From Myxococcota bacterium (lineage in GTDB: Bacteria > Myxococcota_A > Polyangia > Polyangiales > Sandaracinaceae), in contig JAYZQJ010000061.1 in the NCBI GenBank assembly GCA_036149055.1, forward strand, positions 1 through 33,498: a DNA stretch of 33,498 nt. The letters run 5' to 3'. Below are positions 19,023 to 30,080 of this stretch, in pieces (position 1 is the first letter of the stretch; each line of letters begins with the position of its first letter). The position numbers and the translations under genes were made by a program. A model generated the notes under the pieces. The model searched no databases and was not told where the DNA came from. It saw nothing but the letters and a program-made list of their open reading frames with translations.

Positions 19023-19077
19023 GCTGAATGACGATTCAGCCGCTCGGCTTCTAGCGCCCGCGGCGGTCGCCTGTCAA
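19023..19077 (-). promoter_or_regulatory. Promoter plus palindromic operator upstream of the SCP2 gene
   Basis: Minus strand TTGACA (19077-19072)-N18-TAGAAG (19053-19048); palindrome GCTGAAT-gacg-ATTCAGC at 19023-19040. Confidence 0.6.
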
Positions 19078-19101
19078 GCCGCGGACCGCCCCGCCCGGAG
19101 G

Positions 19102-19818
19102 TCAGCGCCCGCGGAGCTCGCGCACGCGGCGGTCCACGATGGCGCGCTCGGCGGAGTCGCGCGGCAGGCTGCGGGCGTACTCCCGGAAGAAGTCGATCGC
19201 GTCCTGGGTCCGGTCGAGCCGCTCGGCGGTGACCGCGAGGTTGTAGACGACCTCGGGGAGCCGGGCGAAGTTGTAGGCCGCGGTGAAGGCCTGCATGGCC
19301 GCCTCGTACTGGCGGCGCCGGAACATCGCCACGCCGCGCTCGAAGAAGGTCCGGGCCTCGCGGGTCAGCGCGTCGTCCGACGGCGGCGCCGTCATGATCT
19401 GCTCGCGCTGCCGGCGGGCGATCGCCTCGAGCTCCCGGATCCGGCCCTCGACCTCCTCGCGCTCGGTCGCGTCGGGCGCGGCGCGGCGGAGGTAGTGCCG
19501 GTAGAACTCGATGCCGCGCTGGGCCTCGCCCATGCGCTCGTAGGTGCGGGCGACGTTGTAGGCGAGCTCGGGGCTCGGGACGGCGCGCCACGCCTCGAGG
19601 AACGCCTCGAGCGCCTGGTCGAGGCGCCCGGCCTGGTAGTGCTCCGAGCCCTGCACGAAGAGCGTGCGGGCGCGCTCCACCTGGGCGGGCGTCGGCGCGC
19701 GGCGGCCCCGGCGCTGGGCGTCGGCCTGCGCGGGGAACAGCAGAGCGGGGAACAGCAGAGCGGCGAACAGGAGCGCGGCGCCGAGAAGCGAGGCGACGAC
19801 GACGAGCAGCGAGCGCAT
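19102..19818 (-). CDS. Secreted tetratricopeptide-repeat protein (two TPR modules)
   Basis: Signal peptide ending ADA-Q; two similar ART(L/F)F..G...(Y/F)..A..AF..A...P...YN.A...ER...AI.F(Y/F)R.Y modules. Confidence 0.85.
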   Translation of the reverse strand: MRSLLVVVASLLGAALLFAALLFPALLFPAQADAQRRGRRAPTPAQVERARTLFVQGSEHYQAGRLDQALEAFLEAWRAVPSPELAYNVARTYERMGEAQRGIEFYRHYLRRAAPDATEREEVEGRIRELEAIARRQREQIMTAPPSDDALTREARTFFERGVAMFRRRQYEAAMQAFTAAYNFARLPEVVYNLAVTAERLDRTQDAIDFFREYARSLPRDSAERAIVDRRVRELRGR

Positions 19819-19927
19819 GGTCGCTCCGACGCGGCGGGGCGGCCCGGATTCACGCCTGGCCCCCACGATCGTCGGGCTCACGAGGACGGGGCTCATGAGC
19901 ACAGAGTGCCACCCGGGTCCGAGCGGC

Positions 19928-20227
19928 TCAATCTCCGTCGCCGGTGGCGGCGGCCTTGGCCTCGGCCGCCTCCTTCTTGGCCTTCTTCAGCTGGGTCTCG
20001 AGCTTGCGCATCGAGCGCTTGAGCTCGCGGACCTCCTTCTTGGTCACGAGCCCGAGCTTCTTGGCCATCTTCTCGACGCTCTCGTCGAAGCCCTCCTGCG
20101 CCTTCGAGCGGGCCTGGAAGGCCTGCATCATCATCTTCATGACGCGCTCGTCCTGCATGAGCTTCGTGACCCGGGGGTCCTGCATGAGCTTCATGCCCTG
20201 CTGCGTGAGTAGCTTCTTGAAGTCCAT
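19928..20227 (-). CDS. Small helical coiled-coil protein (phasin/UbiK-like C-terminus)
   Basis: Met/Lys-rich; LGLVTKKEVRELKRSMRKLETQL resembles the L(D/N/G)L(V/P)TxxE coiled-coil motif; alternative start at 20245. Confidence 0.7.
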   Translation of the reverse strand: MDFKKLLTQQGMKLMQDPRVTKLMQDERVMKMMMQAFQARSKAQEGFDESVEKMAKKLGLVTKKEVRELKRSMRKLETQLKKAKKEAAEAKAAATGDGD

Positions 20228-20255
20228 CCTGGCCCTCTCAACCATGCTTCGCGGG

Positions 20256-20777
20256 TCAGCGCAACCCGCCCTGGATCGCCTCGCGCACCGCCCGATCGCG
20301 CTCGACCGAGAGCCGCGCCCGGAGCGCCGCGGTGGCCTGGGGCCCGCCGATCTCGCCGAGCGCGCGCGCCGTCGCCTCGCGCACCACCACCTCGTCGTGG
20401 GCGAGGAACGGGCGCAGATCCTGGACCGCGTGCTCGCCGAACCCGCGGGCGAGCGCGATCACCGCCTGCCGGACGAAGAGGTCGCCCTGCCCCTCGGCGC
20501 GCGCGACCGCGAGCAGGAAGGTGCGGGTGGCCTCGCGCGGGAAGGCGGCGGTGGCGTTCACCGCGCGGAGCCGGACGTAGGGCGCCTCGTCCGCGTCGAC
20601 GTAGAGATCGATGAGCACCGGCAGCGCGCCGTCTCCGATCCGCTGCCAGTCCGCGTCGGTCGGGACGTCCTCGATCCCCGAGAGCAGCTCGCGCACCCGC
20701 TGCCGGGACGGCCCGGTCTGCGCGGAGGCGCTGGCGGCGACGAGGAGGACGGCGAGGGCGGTGATCGTGGCGCGCAC
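20256..20777 (-). CDS. Secreted HEAT-repeat protein
   Basis: Signal peptide ending ASA-Q; VRLRAV, VRQAVIALA, VREATARALGEIG, VREAI repeats. Confidence 0.8.
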   Translation of the reverse strand: MRATITALAVLLVAASASAQTGPSRQRVRELLSGIEDVPTDADWQRIGDGALPVLIDLYVDADEAPYVRLRAVNATAAFPREATRTFLLAVARAEGQGDLFVRQAVIALARGFGEHAVQDLRPFLAHDEVVVREATARALGEIGGPQATAALRARLSVERDRAVREAIQGGLR

Positions 20778-20874
20778 GCGCGCATGATACGGCGATGCGT
20801 CCGGGGGTGCTATCCTCCGCGCGGATGTCACAGTCATCGACGCCTCGGGGGGGGCACGTGGGCGGGCGCCCACG

Positions 20875-21894
20875 ATGATCCTTCGGACCGAGATCGTCGA
20901 GCAAGCGATCGACGGCACCGAGCGCCGCACCTTCGTGAAGGAGGTGGTGATGACGCCGGGCCAGCACCCGCTGGGCATGGTTCGCAAGCGCCTCCCGCCC
21001 CCCGCGAAGTCGCGCGGCGCCGTCATCCTGGTGCACGGCTACGCGCAGAACCGCTACACGTGGCACTCGAGCCGGCGCTCCTTCGTGAACTACCTCGCCG
21101 AAGACGGCTGGGACGTGTTCAACGTGGACCTCCGCGGGCACGGGCGTTCGCGCCGCTTCGGGGCGCCGGCCCCGCGCGCGATGGACGACTACATCCGCGA
21201 GGACCTGCCCCACTTCGTCGAGGAGGCGCTCGCGCTCAGCGGCGAGGATCGCCTCTTCCTCGTCGGCCACTCGATGGGCGGCCTCATCAGCTACTTCGCC
21301 GGCGGCACCCGGCTGCGCGAGCGGGTCCGGGGCATCGCGAGCCTCGGCTCCCCGTACGTCTTCGGGCAGGGCTCGGCGCTGCTGTTCGGGCTGCGCGAGC
21401 TCGCCGCGGCCGTGCGCTGGACGGGGCTCTTCGACAGCAACCCGCACGTGCCCTCCCGCATCGTCGGTCGCCACCTCAACCGTCGGAAGAGCCTCTGGAA
21501 CGCGCGGCTGCTGCCGCTGCCCATCCGGGCGTGGGCGCCGGACACGGTCGAGCCGGACGTGCTCGAGGAGTACCTCCACCGGACGTTCGACCGCTCCACC
21601 ATCGCGGTGGCCCTCGACATCTTCCGCGCCGGGCGCGATCAGGCCTTCAAGAGCGCCGACGGCATGATCGATTACTCGACCGCGTTCGAAATACTCGACC
21701 GCCCCCTGCTCGTAGTGGCCGGTAGCGAGGACAAGCTGGCGCCGCCGGCGTCGGTGCGTCCCGCCTACGAGAGGAGCCGGAGCCGCGACAAGACCTACCG
21801 CACCTTCCCGTTCGGCCACATCGATCTGGTGGTCGGCAAGGAAGCCACGCGCACGGTCTGGCCGCTGATCCGGAATTGGCTGGCGAGGCGATAG
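20875..21894 (+). CDS. Alpha/beta-fold hydrolase (lipase / PhaC-related)
   Basis: LVHGYAQN, DVFNVDLRGHGRS, DYIREDLP, GHSMGG, GSEDKLAP, FGHIDLVVG. Confidence 0.88.
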   Translation: MILRTEIVEQAIDGTERRTFVKEVVMTPGQHPLGMVRKRLPPPAKSRGAVILVHGYAQNRYTWHSSRRSFVNYLAEDGWDVFNVDLRGHGRSRRFGAPAPRAMDDYIREDLPHFVEEALALSGEDRLFLVGHSMGGLISYFAGGTRLRERVRGIASLGSPYVFGQGSALLFGLRELAAAVRWTGLFDSNPHVPSRIVGRHLNRRKSLWNARLLPLPIRAWAPDTVEPDVLEEYLHRTFDRSTIAVALDIFRAGRDQAFKSADGMIDYSTAFEILDRPLLVVAGSEDKLAPPASVRPAYERSRSRDKTYRTFPFGHIDLVVGKEATRTVWPLIRNWLARR

Positions 21895-21895
21895 A

Positions 21896-22492
21896 ATGAC
21901 GACGAGCGCCCTGATGACCGACGACGCCCTGAAGACCCGAAGCAAGAAGGCCGCCGACGCGGCCGTCGATCGCGTGATGGGCGAGAAGGTCTCTCCGGCC
22001 ATGCGCAAGGCGGCGTCGGAGGCGGTCTCACCGTGGGCCGAGCGGTTCGTGCGGGCCCTCGACGACTTCGTCCGCATCCCGGGCACCAAGCTCGGCATCG
22101 GCCTCGACCCCATCCTCGGCTTCGTGCTCCCGGGCGCGGGCGACGCGATCACCGGCACCGGCTCGATCGGCCTGCTCTTCCTCGCGCTGCGCGAGCGGGT
22201 GCCGACGGTGGTGCTGCTGCGCATGGTCGTGAACATCCTCGTCGACACGGTCGGCGGGCTGCTCCCGTTCCTCGGCGACGCCTTCGACCTCGTCTGGCGC
22301 AGCAACCGCCGGAACCTCGACCTCATCGAGAGGTACAAGGACGACCCCAAGGCGAAGGCGACCTGGGTCGACTACCTGGTGGTCGTGGTCGGCCTCGGCC
22401 TGGCCGTGCTGTCGATCGTCATCCCGATCTTCATCATCTACGGCCTCGGCCTCGGCGCGCTCCTCGGCATCGGCTCGCTCTTCGGCGAGTGA
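21896..22492 (+). CDS. DUF4112 membrane protein
   Basis: LDDFVRIPGTKLGIGLDPILGFVLPGAGD...RMVVNILVD..GDAFDLVWRSNRRN. Confidence 0.85.
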   Translation: MTTSALMTDDALKTRSKKAADAAVDRVMGEKVSPAMRKAASEAVSPWAERFVRALDDFVRIPGTKLGIGLDPILGFVLPGAGDAITGTGSIGLLFLALRERVPTVVLLRMVVNILVDTVGGLLPFLGDAFDLVWRSNRRNLDLIERYKDDPKAKATWVDYLVVVVGLGLAVLSIVIPIFIIYGLGLGALLGIGSLFGE

Positions 22493-23404
22493 TCACGTCG
22501 AGGTGGCGTCGGTCAGCGCCCGCTCGAGCGAGGTGTAGCGGTAGGCGTAGCCGGTCTCGAGGGTCCGCTCGGGGACCACGCGGCGCGAGGCGAGCAGCTC
22601 CGCCGCGAACGAGCCGAGCACCGTCTTGATGGCGAACGCGGGCGCGGGCAGAACCGCCGGTCGATGCAGCACCTTCGCCAGGGTCTTGGCGAACTCCTCC
22701 TGCCGCACCGGCTCGGGAGAGACCGCGTTGTAGGCGCCCTCCATCGCCTCGGTGTCGAGCGCGTGCCGGATCAGCCCGACGACGTCGTCGACGTGGATCC
22801 AGGGCCACCACTGCTGCCCGTCCCCGAGCCGGCCGCCGAGGCCCGCCTTGAAGAGCGGCAGCATCGCGTGCAGCGCGCCGCCGCCGTCGCCCATCACCAG
22901 CCCGATCCGGAGCCGCACCACGCGCAGGCCGAGGCCTTCGGCGCGCTGGGCCTCCGCCTCCCAGCCCTTGCAGACCTCGGCGAGGAAGTCGTCGGCCGGC
23001 TCGGTGGACTCGGGGAGCACGTCCTCGCCGCGGTCGCCGTAGTAGCCGATCGCGCTCGCGCACACGAGGACGCGCGGGCGCCGCTCGGCGCGCTCGATCG
23101 CGTCGACGACCCGGCGCGTCCCCTCCACGCGGCTCGACTCGATCTTGCGCTTCTTCTCGTTCGTCCAGCGACCCGCGACCGGCTCGCCCGCGAGGTGCAC
23201 CACCGCGTCGACGCCCTCGAGCGCCTCGTCGGGGACCTCACCGCGCGCGCCGTCCCAGTCGTGGGCGTGGTCGAGCGCGGGCACCTTCTGGCGCGCGCTC
23301 ATCGCGTTGCGCGAGAGGCCGACGAGGGTGTGGCCGGCCGCGGTCAGGCGCGCGGCGAGCGGCGCTCCGACGAAGCCGGTGACTCCGGTGATCAGGATCC
23401 GCAT
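22493..23404 (-). CDS. TIGR01777-family NAD-dependent epimerase-like oxidoreductase (YfcH-like)
   Basis: ITGVTGFVG, VHLAGEPV..RW, SAIGYYG, FLAEVCKGWE, GDGQQWWPWIH. Confidence 0.92.
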   Translation of the reverse strand: MRILITGVTGFVGAPLAARLTAAGHTLVGLSRNAMSARQKVPALDHAHDWDGARGEVPDEALEGVDAVVHLAGEPVAGRWTNEKKRKIESSRVEGTRRVVDAIERAERRPRVLVCASAIGYYGDRGEDVLPESTEPADDFLAEVCKGWEAEAQRAEGLGLRVVRLRIGLVMGDGGGALHAMLPLFKAGLGGRLGDGQQWWPWIHVDDVVGLIRHALDTEAMEGAYNAVSPEPVRQEEFAKTLAKVLHRPAVLPAPAFAIKTVLGSFAAELLASRRVVPERTLETGYAYRYTSLERALTDATST

Positions 23405-24366
23405 CGTCTCCAAGCATAGCCGAGTCGCGCGACCAGCCCGGCGACCAACAGCCAGAGCGCCAGCCAGGGAGCCCGGCGGCCGCCCGTGATCGCGCAGCCT
23501 CCGCCCTCCACCGGGTCGGCTCCGCCGTCGGGCGCGCCCGCGTCCGGAGCCGGGCAGACGTGATCCTCGCAGACCGCCACCCGGGCCCGCAGCGCGTCGG
23601 CGACCGTGTCGGTGATGACCCCGTCGACCCCCAGCTCGAGGTAGCGCCGCGCCGCGTCCTCCCCGTCGAGGGTCCAGACGTGGACGTCCAGCCCGGCCTC
23701 CCGGATCCGCGCCATCGTGCGGGCGTTGGCGCTGACCGCGAGCAGGTTGATCTGGGCGAAGCCCTCGCTCGCCGCGACGTCGACGTCGGCCGCCGCGGTG
23801 GCGAGGAGCGCGACCCGCACCTCGGGCGCCTCGTCTCGCACCCGCTGGAGGGCCGCGAGATCGAAGCTGCTGATGACGACGTCGCGATCGGCAGCGTCGG
23901 CGCGGACCACGGCCAGCGTCGCGTCCACCAGCGCGGCGCCGTCGGTGGGCGGACAGTCGCCGCCCTCGTCGACCTTGAGCTCGACGTTGACCCCGCCGGA
24001 CGTCGCCGCGAGCAGCTCGGCCAGGGTCGGGACGGGCGCCCCGCCCGCGTCGAGCGCGGCGAGCTCCGCCCGGGTGAGCTCGGCGACGCAGCCGGCGCCG
24101 TCGGTGGTGCGGCTCACCGTGGCGTCGTGCATGAGCACGACCTCGCCGTCTGCGCTGAGCTGGACGTCGACCTCGACCATGTCGGCGCCGGCCGCGAAGG
24201 CCGCCTCCACCGCCGGCACGGTGTTCTCGCCCGCGCCCGAGCCGTCGCCGCGGTGACCGACGATCACCGCGCCTTCGGCCGGGCAGACGCACTGGGCCCG
24301 GCCCGGCGCGGCCGCCAGCGAGATGAGCGCCAGGGAGATCGGCGCGAACGCGAACCGCCCGCGCAT
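23392..24366 (-). CDS. Secreted glycerophosphodiester phosphodiesterase with MYXO-CTERM-like tail
   Basis: GHRG, ENT, EVDVQLSADG..VLMHD, NVELK, ISSFD, VWTLD, GVDGVITD; tail GGGCAI..WLALWLLVAGLVARL..RR. Confidence 0.88.
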   Translation of the reverse strand: MRGRFAFAPISLALISLAAAPGRAQCVCPAEGAVIVGHRGDGSGAGENTVPAVEAAFAAGADMVEVDVQLSADGEVVLMHDATVSRTTDGAGCVAELTRAELAALDAGGAPVPTLAELLAATSGGVNVELKVDEGGDCPPTDGAALVDATLAVVRADAADRDVVISSFDLAALQRVRDEAPEVRVALLATAAADVDVAASEGFAQINLLAVSANARTMARIREAGLDVHVWTLDGEDAARRYLELGVDGVITDTVADALRARVAVCEDHVCPAPDAGAPDGGADPVEGGGCAITGGRRAPWLALWLLVAGLVARLGYAWRRCGS

Positions 24367-24917
24367 CAGAAGTAGAACTGCGCGCCGCCGGTCAGGATGT
24401 AACGCACGGCCTCGTTGCCGAAGTACGCCCGGCCCGTGTCGCCGAAGGCGAACTCGAGCTCCGCCGGCTTGATGTAGAAGGCGATGCGCTCCCGCGCGAC
24501 GAGGAAGCGCATCATGAAGGCCACGCTGAAGTGGAACCAGGGATCGGGGTCGCGCGGCGTGTCGAAGCCGTCGCTGGCCGCGAAGCCGATGGTCCCGGTG
24601 GGGCCGAGCTGAAAGGTGAAGTCCCGGTTGCGCACGATGTTGATCATGCCGCCGAGCCGGAACGGGAAGCGCAGCACCCAGAAGTCCGCGCCCCAGGACT
24701 GGGTGGGCGCGAACGCGATGAAGAAGCCGTCGGCGCGGCCGCTGAAGTAGTAGCCGAGCTCGGCCTCGATGTGGACCTGGTTCGGCCAGTCGTCGATCCG
24801 GAGCGCCGGGCCGACGCCGACCCCGAAGTACCCTTGCGCCTCCGCCTCCTCGGGCGCGGCGGACCAGAGAATCAGCGCGAGCAGCGACGCGAACGCGAGC
24901 CTGGAGCCTCTCGACAT
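24366..24917 (-). CDS. Putative small outer-membrane beta-barrel protein
   Basis: RBS GGAGG; signal peptide ending AEA-Q; alternating aromatic beta strands; C-terminal GGAQFYF beta-signal. Confidence 0.7.
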   Translation of the reverse strand: MSRGSRLAFASLLALILWSAAPEEAEAQGYFGVGVGPALRIDDWPNQVHIEAELGYYFSGRADGFFIAFAPTQSWGADFWVLRFPFRLGGMINIVRNRDFTFQLGPTGTIGFAASDGFDTPRDPDPWFHFSVAFMMRFLVARERIAFYIKPAELEFAFGDTGRAYFGNEAVRYILTGGAQFYF

Positions 24918-25076
24918 TGCACCTCCGTTGGGGGCCGCATCATACGCGATGTGCAAAGAGCCGGTGTGAGGGACAACCCCCACGCGAGAAACCGGTCCGC
25001 GAGGCGGCCGATGGGCTCTTTCGCGTGAGGGCGAGACTGGTCCGATGTACAGTGCGCCCGGTTCGAGCGGAGAACG

Positions 25077-26981
<1,905 letters not shown>

Positions 26982-26990
26982 GTTCGTCGG

Positions 26991-27782
26991 GTGGTGCGCA
27001 GGTACGTGGTCTGGCTCTCGCTGATCGCGGCGGTGCTCGCGGCGGAGAGCCCCGCGCGCGGCCTGGTCGTGCCGATCGAGCGGGCCAGGCGCGTGCCGCC
27101 GCGGCCGACGCCACCTGGAACGCAGCCACCTGGAACGCAGGCGCCCGGACAGCGCGCCGGGCGGCCGCCGGTCCGGGAGGTGCGTCAGGCGCTGCGCGAC
27201 ATGCAAGGCGAGGTGCAGACCTGCGCGGTGCGCTTCGCGCCTCGAGAGGGCCCCCGCCGCCGGCGCATCCGGGTGCGCGTCTGGCTCTATCCGAACGGCC
27301 GCTGGACGATGGAGGTCCCCGAGGCGCAGGCGCGGCGAGGCGCGAGGGGAGCGGCCGCGATGCCCCGGCGCGGGCTGTCGACCTGCATCGAGACCTCGCT
27401 GCGCGGGCGCATCCAGCCGCTGATGCGGCCCTTCGCCCGCCGCACCCGGCTCAAGATCGAGCACGCCTACGTGGTGCGCATGCCCGGGCCGCCGCCGAGC
27501 GAGGCCGAGCTGGCCCGCCACCTCGTGAACGAGCGCGCCCGGCTGCTGCAGTGCGTGCCCGGGCAGGGGCGCGGGGAGCGGGCCGAGCTGATCGTGCGGG
27601 CGACCCTCCAGGGCGACGGGAGCTTCGTGCTCGTCGGCCTCGGGGTCCCGGAGGGCGCGCCGTTCGACGCGATCGCGCGCTGCGTGGTCGGCGAGCTCCG
27701 CAACGTGAGCCACGCGCCGGTCCTCGCGCCGCGGACCTTCGAGGCGGCCCTCCCCATGCGCTGGGCCGCCCCGAGCCCCTGA
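26991..27782 (+). CDS. Secreted hypothetical protein with two Cys-paired TonB-C/AgmX-like alpha/beta domains
   Basis: Signal peptide; Pro-rich linker; two 'helix-C...strands...C-helix' modules; high GC3. Confidence 0.6.
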   Translation: MVRRYVVWLSLIAAVLAAESPARGLVVPIERARRVPPRPTPPGTQPPGTQAPGQRAGRPPVREVRQALRDMQGEVQTCAVRFAPREGPRRRRIRVRVWLYPNGRWTMEVPEAQARRGARGAAAMPRRGLSTCIETSLRGRIQPLMRPFARRTRLKIEHAYVVRMPGPPPSEAELARHLVNERARLLQCVPGQGRGERAELIVRATLQGDGSFVLVGLGVPEGAPFDAIARCVVGELRNVSHAPVLAPRTFEAALPMRWAAPSP

Positions 27783-27788
27783 ACCGCC

Positions 27789-28427
27789 TTGGGACGCAAG
27801 CGCAAACGCAAGCGCGAGGGACGTCGCGTCGGCACCCGGGTGGTGACGCTGACGACGCATCGGCTCGAGCTCGCGCGGGGTCACGACGGCCCGCTCCGCG
27901 GGCTGCCCGAGCCCTGCCTCGTGCTCGGCGTGTTCGGCGTGACCGAGCGCGGCGCGTCGCTGTCCGAGCGGTCCGTCCTGCGGCTGCAGAGCGTCGCGCC
28001 CCACCCCGAGGTGATCGAGCACGAGCTGCGCCTCGAGGCGCGCATTCCGCGGCGCGAGGATCTGTCGATCGTCGTGCTCGCGTTCGCGGTGGAGGACGAC
28101 GGAGGCGACGCGCTCGCCCACCTGTACCAGGCGCTCTCGACGCCCGAGCGGCTCTCCTTCTGGCGGGCCTCCGAGCGCGACCCGGATCCGGCCACGCTCG
28201 CCGAGTGGTGCGCGCGGCCTCCGCTCCCGCCGCCGGCCACCGAGACCGTGCACGCGCTCGACGGCGACGCCGACCTGCGCGACGCGAAGCTGGGCGACGA
28301 CTACGTCGGCTGCGCGCTGTTCCACCTCACGGGCGAGAAGCAGCCGACCTTCGAGCGCCGGCTGCGCTTCGTGAGCGCCGACGAGCGGAACGACTGGACG
28401 CTCGTCCTCTCTCTTCGCGTGGTGTGA
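27789..28427 (+). CDS. Hypothetical protein
   Basis: Fills the gap between co-directional genes with GC3-biased codons; TTG start uncertain. Confidence 0.6.
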   Translation: MGRKRKRKREGRRVGTRVVTLTTHRLELARGHDGPLRGLPEPCLVLGVFGVTERGASLSERSVLRLQSVAPHPEVIEHELRLEARIPRREDLSIVVLAFAVEDDGGDALAHLYQALSTPERLSFWRASERDPDPATLAEWCARPPLPPPATETVHALDGDADLRDAKLGDDYVGCALFHLTGEKQPTFERRLRFVSADERNDWTLVLSLRVV

Positions 28428-28446
28428 CTTGCGGTAACGTGCGCGG

Positions 28447-29535
28447 GTGCGCGCCGCGTGCCTCCTCGCGTTCCTGCTGACCGCCTGCGCGCGGGAGGCC
28501 CCGCCTCGCGCCCCGACCGAGGCGCCGGCCGCCTCCGCGCCTGCGGCGCCCGCGCGCGGCGAGCCCGCCCCCGCCTGGCCGGCCTCGCTGCGGGTCGGCG
28601 AGCGCGACGCGCCGACCCTCTACCGCGGCAGCCGCGCGGGCGCGACGGGCTACGCGTGGATCGCCCCGGGCGAGGCCCTCTCCCCGCGCGGCGCGGTGCG
28701 CCGAGGCCGGGTGCGCGCGGTGGTCGACGGCCCCCTCCGGCTGCGCGGCTGGACCCCGGTCGCGGGCCTCGAGGGCGTGGTGATCCGGCGCGGTCGGGTG
28801 GCGCCGACGCCGCTGTTCGTGGTCCCCGGCGACGTCGTCCGCCTGGTCACCGCCCGGGGCGAGCTCGCGGTGGTGCGCGGCGCGGCGCGCTTCGCCCACC
28901 CGGCGCACCCTCGCTCGGACGAGCTCGAGGGCCAGATCCCCCTCGCCCACCTCGGCGCCGCGACCTCGGGCGGCGGGCCCGCCGGCACCCCGGGGCGACC
29001 GATCCTCATCCACGCCCGGACTCCTCTCCTCGATCGTCCGGGCGGCGCCGCGGTGTGGGAGATCCCGGCCCTCGATCCGCCGCTCACCGCGACCGTGCTC
29101 CGGGAGACCGACGGCTGGCTCGGCGTCCGGCTCGGCATGGGCCCGCACCTGGTCGGCTGGATCCGCGCGCCCGGGTCCGCGCGCAAGAAGGACGCGGGGA
29201 CCGATCCCGAGGTGCTCGACCCGTGGGACCGGGATCGCCAAGGGCACGTGCAGCCCGCGGTCCAGGACCCATGGGCCCCCCGCGAGGAGGCGGAGCCCGA
29301 GGCGGCCGACTCGGATCTCCCGCCGCGCCTGCGCGACGCGGTGGTGCGCCCGGTCTGGCAGGTCGCCCCCGGGACCCGCGTGGTGGTCGAGGGCGCGACC
29401 GTCGCGGTCTTCACCGCCCCGGGCCATGGAGTCGAGCTCGACCGCGACGGCGACCGGGTGGAGATCCTCGGCGCGGTCGACGACACCGCGACCGTACGCG
29501 GCTGGGTCCCCTCCGCCGCCCTCTCTCCCCGGTGA
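28447..29535 (+). CDS. Hypothetical lipoprotein with SH3-like beta repeats
   Basis: Lipobox LTAC; repeated ...(L/V)(R/V)GW(T/I/V) strand motifs. Confidence 0.7.
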   Translation: MRAACLLAFLLTACAREAPPRAPTEAPAASAPAAPARGEPAPAWPASLRVGERDAPTLYRGSRAGATGYAWIAPGEALSPRGAVRRGRVRAVVDGPLRLRGWTPVAGLEGVVIRRGRVAPTPLFVVPGDVVRLVTARGELAVVRGAARFAHPAHPRSDELEGQIPLAHLGAATSGGGPAGTPGRPILIHARTPLLDRPGGAAVWEIPALDPPLTATVLRETDGWLGVRLGMGPHLVGWIRAPGSARKKDAGTDPEVLDPWDRDRQGHVQPAVQDPWAPREEAEPEAADSDLPPRLRDAVVRPVWQVAPGTRVVVEGATVAVFTAPGHGVELDRDGDRVEILGAVDDTATVRGWVPSAALSPR

Positions 29536-29553
29536 CCTTCGGCGACGTTCGAT

Positions 29554-30052
29554 GCTCTCGCAAAGGCGCGAAGCCGCAAAGTCCAGGGAGGGGCGACGGG
29601 ATGGCGGCTGGCCGCCGGCTGCCTCAGTTCGTCTGCGAGCTTCGGGGACGACTATTATCTCTCGCAGAGACGCAGAGCCGCAGAGGGCAGCGGGGTGGCG
29701 GCTGGCCGGCGGTGGCCGAGGCTGCCGGGGCCGCGACCGCCTCCGTTCGTCTGGGGGGCTCCGGCGACAACTCATTTTCACGCAAAGACGCAAAGACGCA
29801 AAGTCCCCATGAGGGGCGACGGGGTGGCGGCCTGGCCGGCGGTGTCCCGACAGCCGGGGGCTCGGGCGACGAGCCGCCGGCGTTCGAGGAGCCGGCGGCG
29901 AGTCACCACCCCGCCGCCATCTCTGCGTCTCTGCGACTCTGCGAGAGACAAATTCGCGGGCCGACGAGCCGGCGGCGTTCGAGGAGCCGGCGGCGAGTCA
30001 CCACCCCACCGCCACGACCCGTCCCTTTGCGGCTTGGCGGCTTTGCGAGAGC
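29554..30052. repeat. Nested inverted/direct repeat array built on (CGCA[A/G]AGN)x3 motifs
   Basis: Motif copies 29554-29581, 29658-29685, 29778-29803 (forward) and 29921-29948, 30025-30052 (reverse); 53-bp direct repeat 29867-29919 / 29962-30014. Confidence 0.9.
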
Positions 30053-30080
30053 CCATTGCCCCGTACGAAGCGCCGCGCGC

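Noticed and set aside
29554..30052. CRISPR array
   Set aside because: The repeats occur in both orientations, the intervening sequences are similar to each other and irregular in length, and there are no cas genes.
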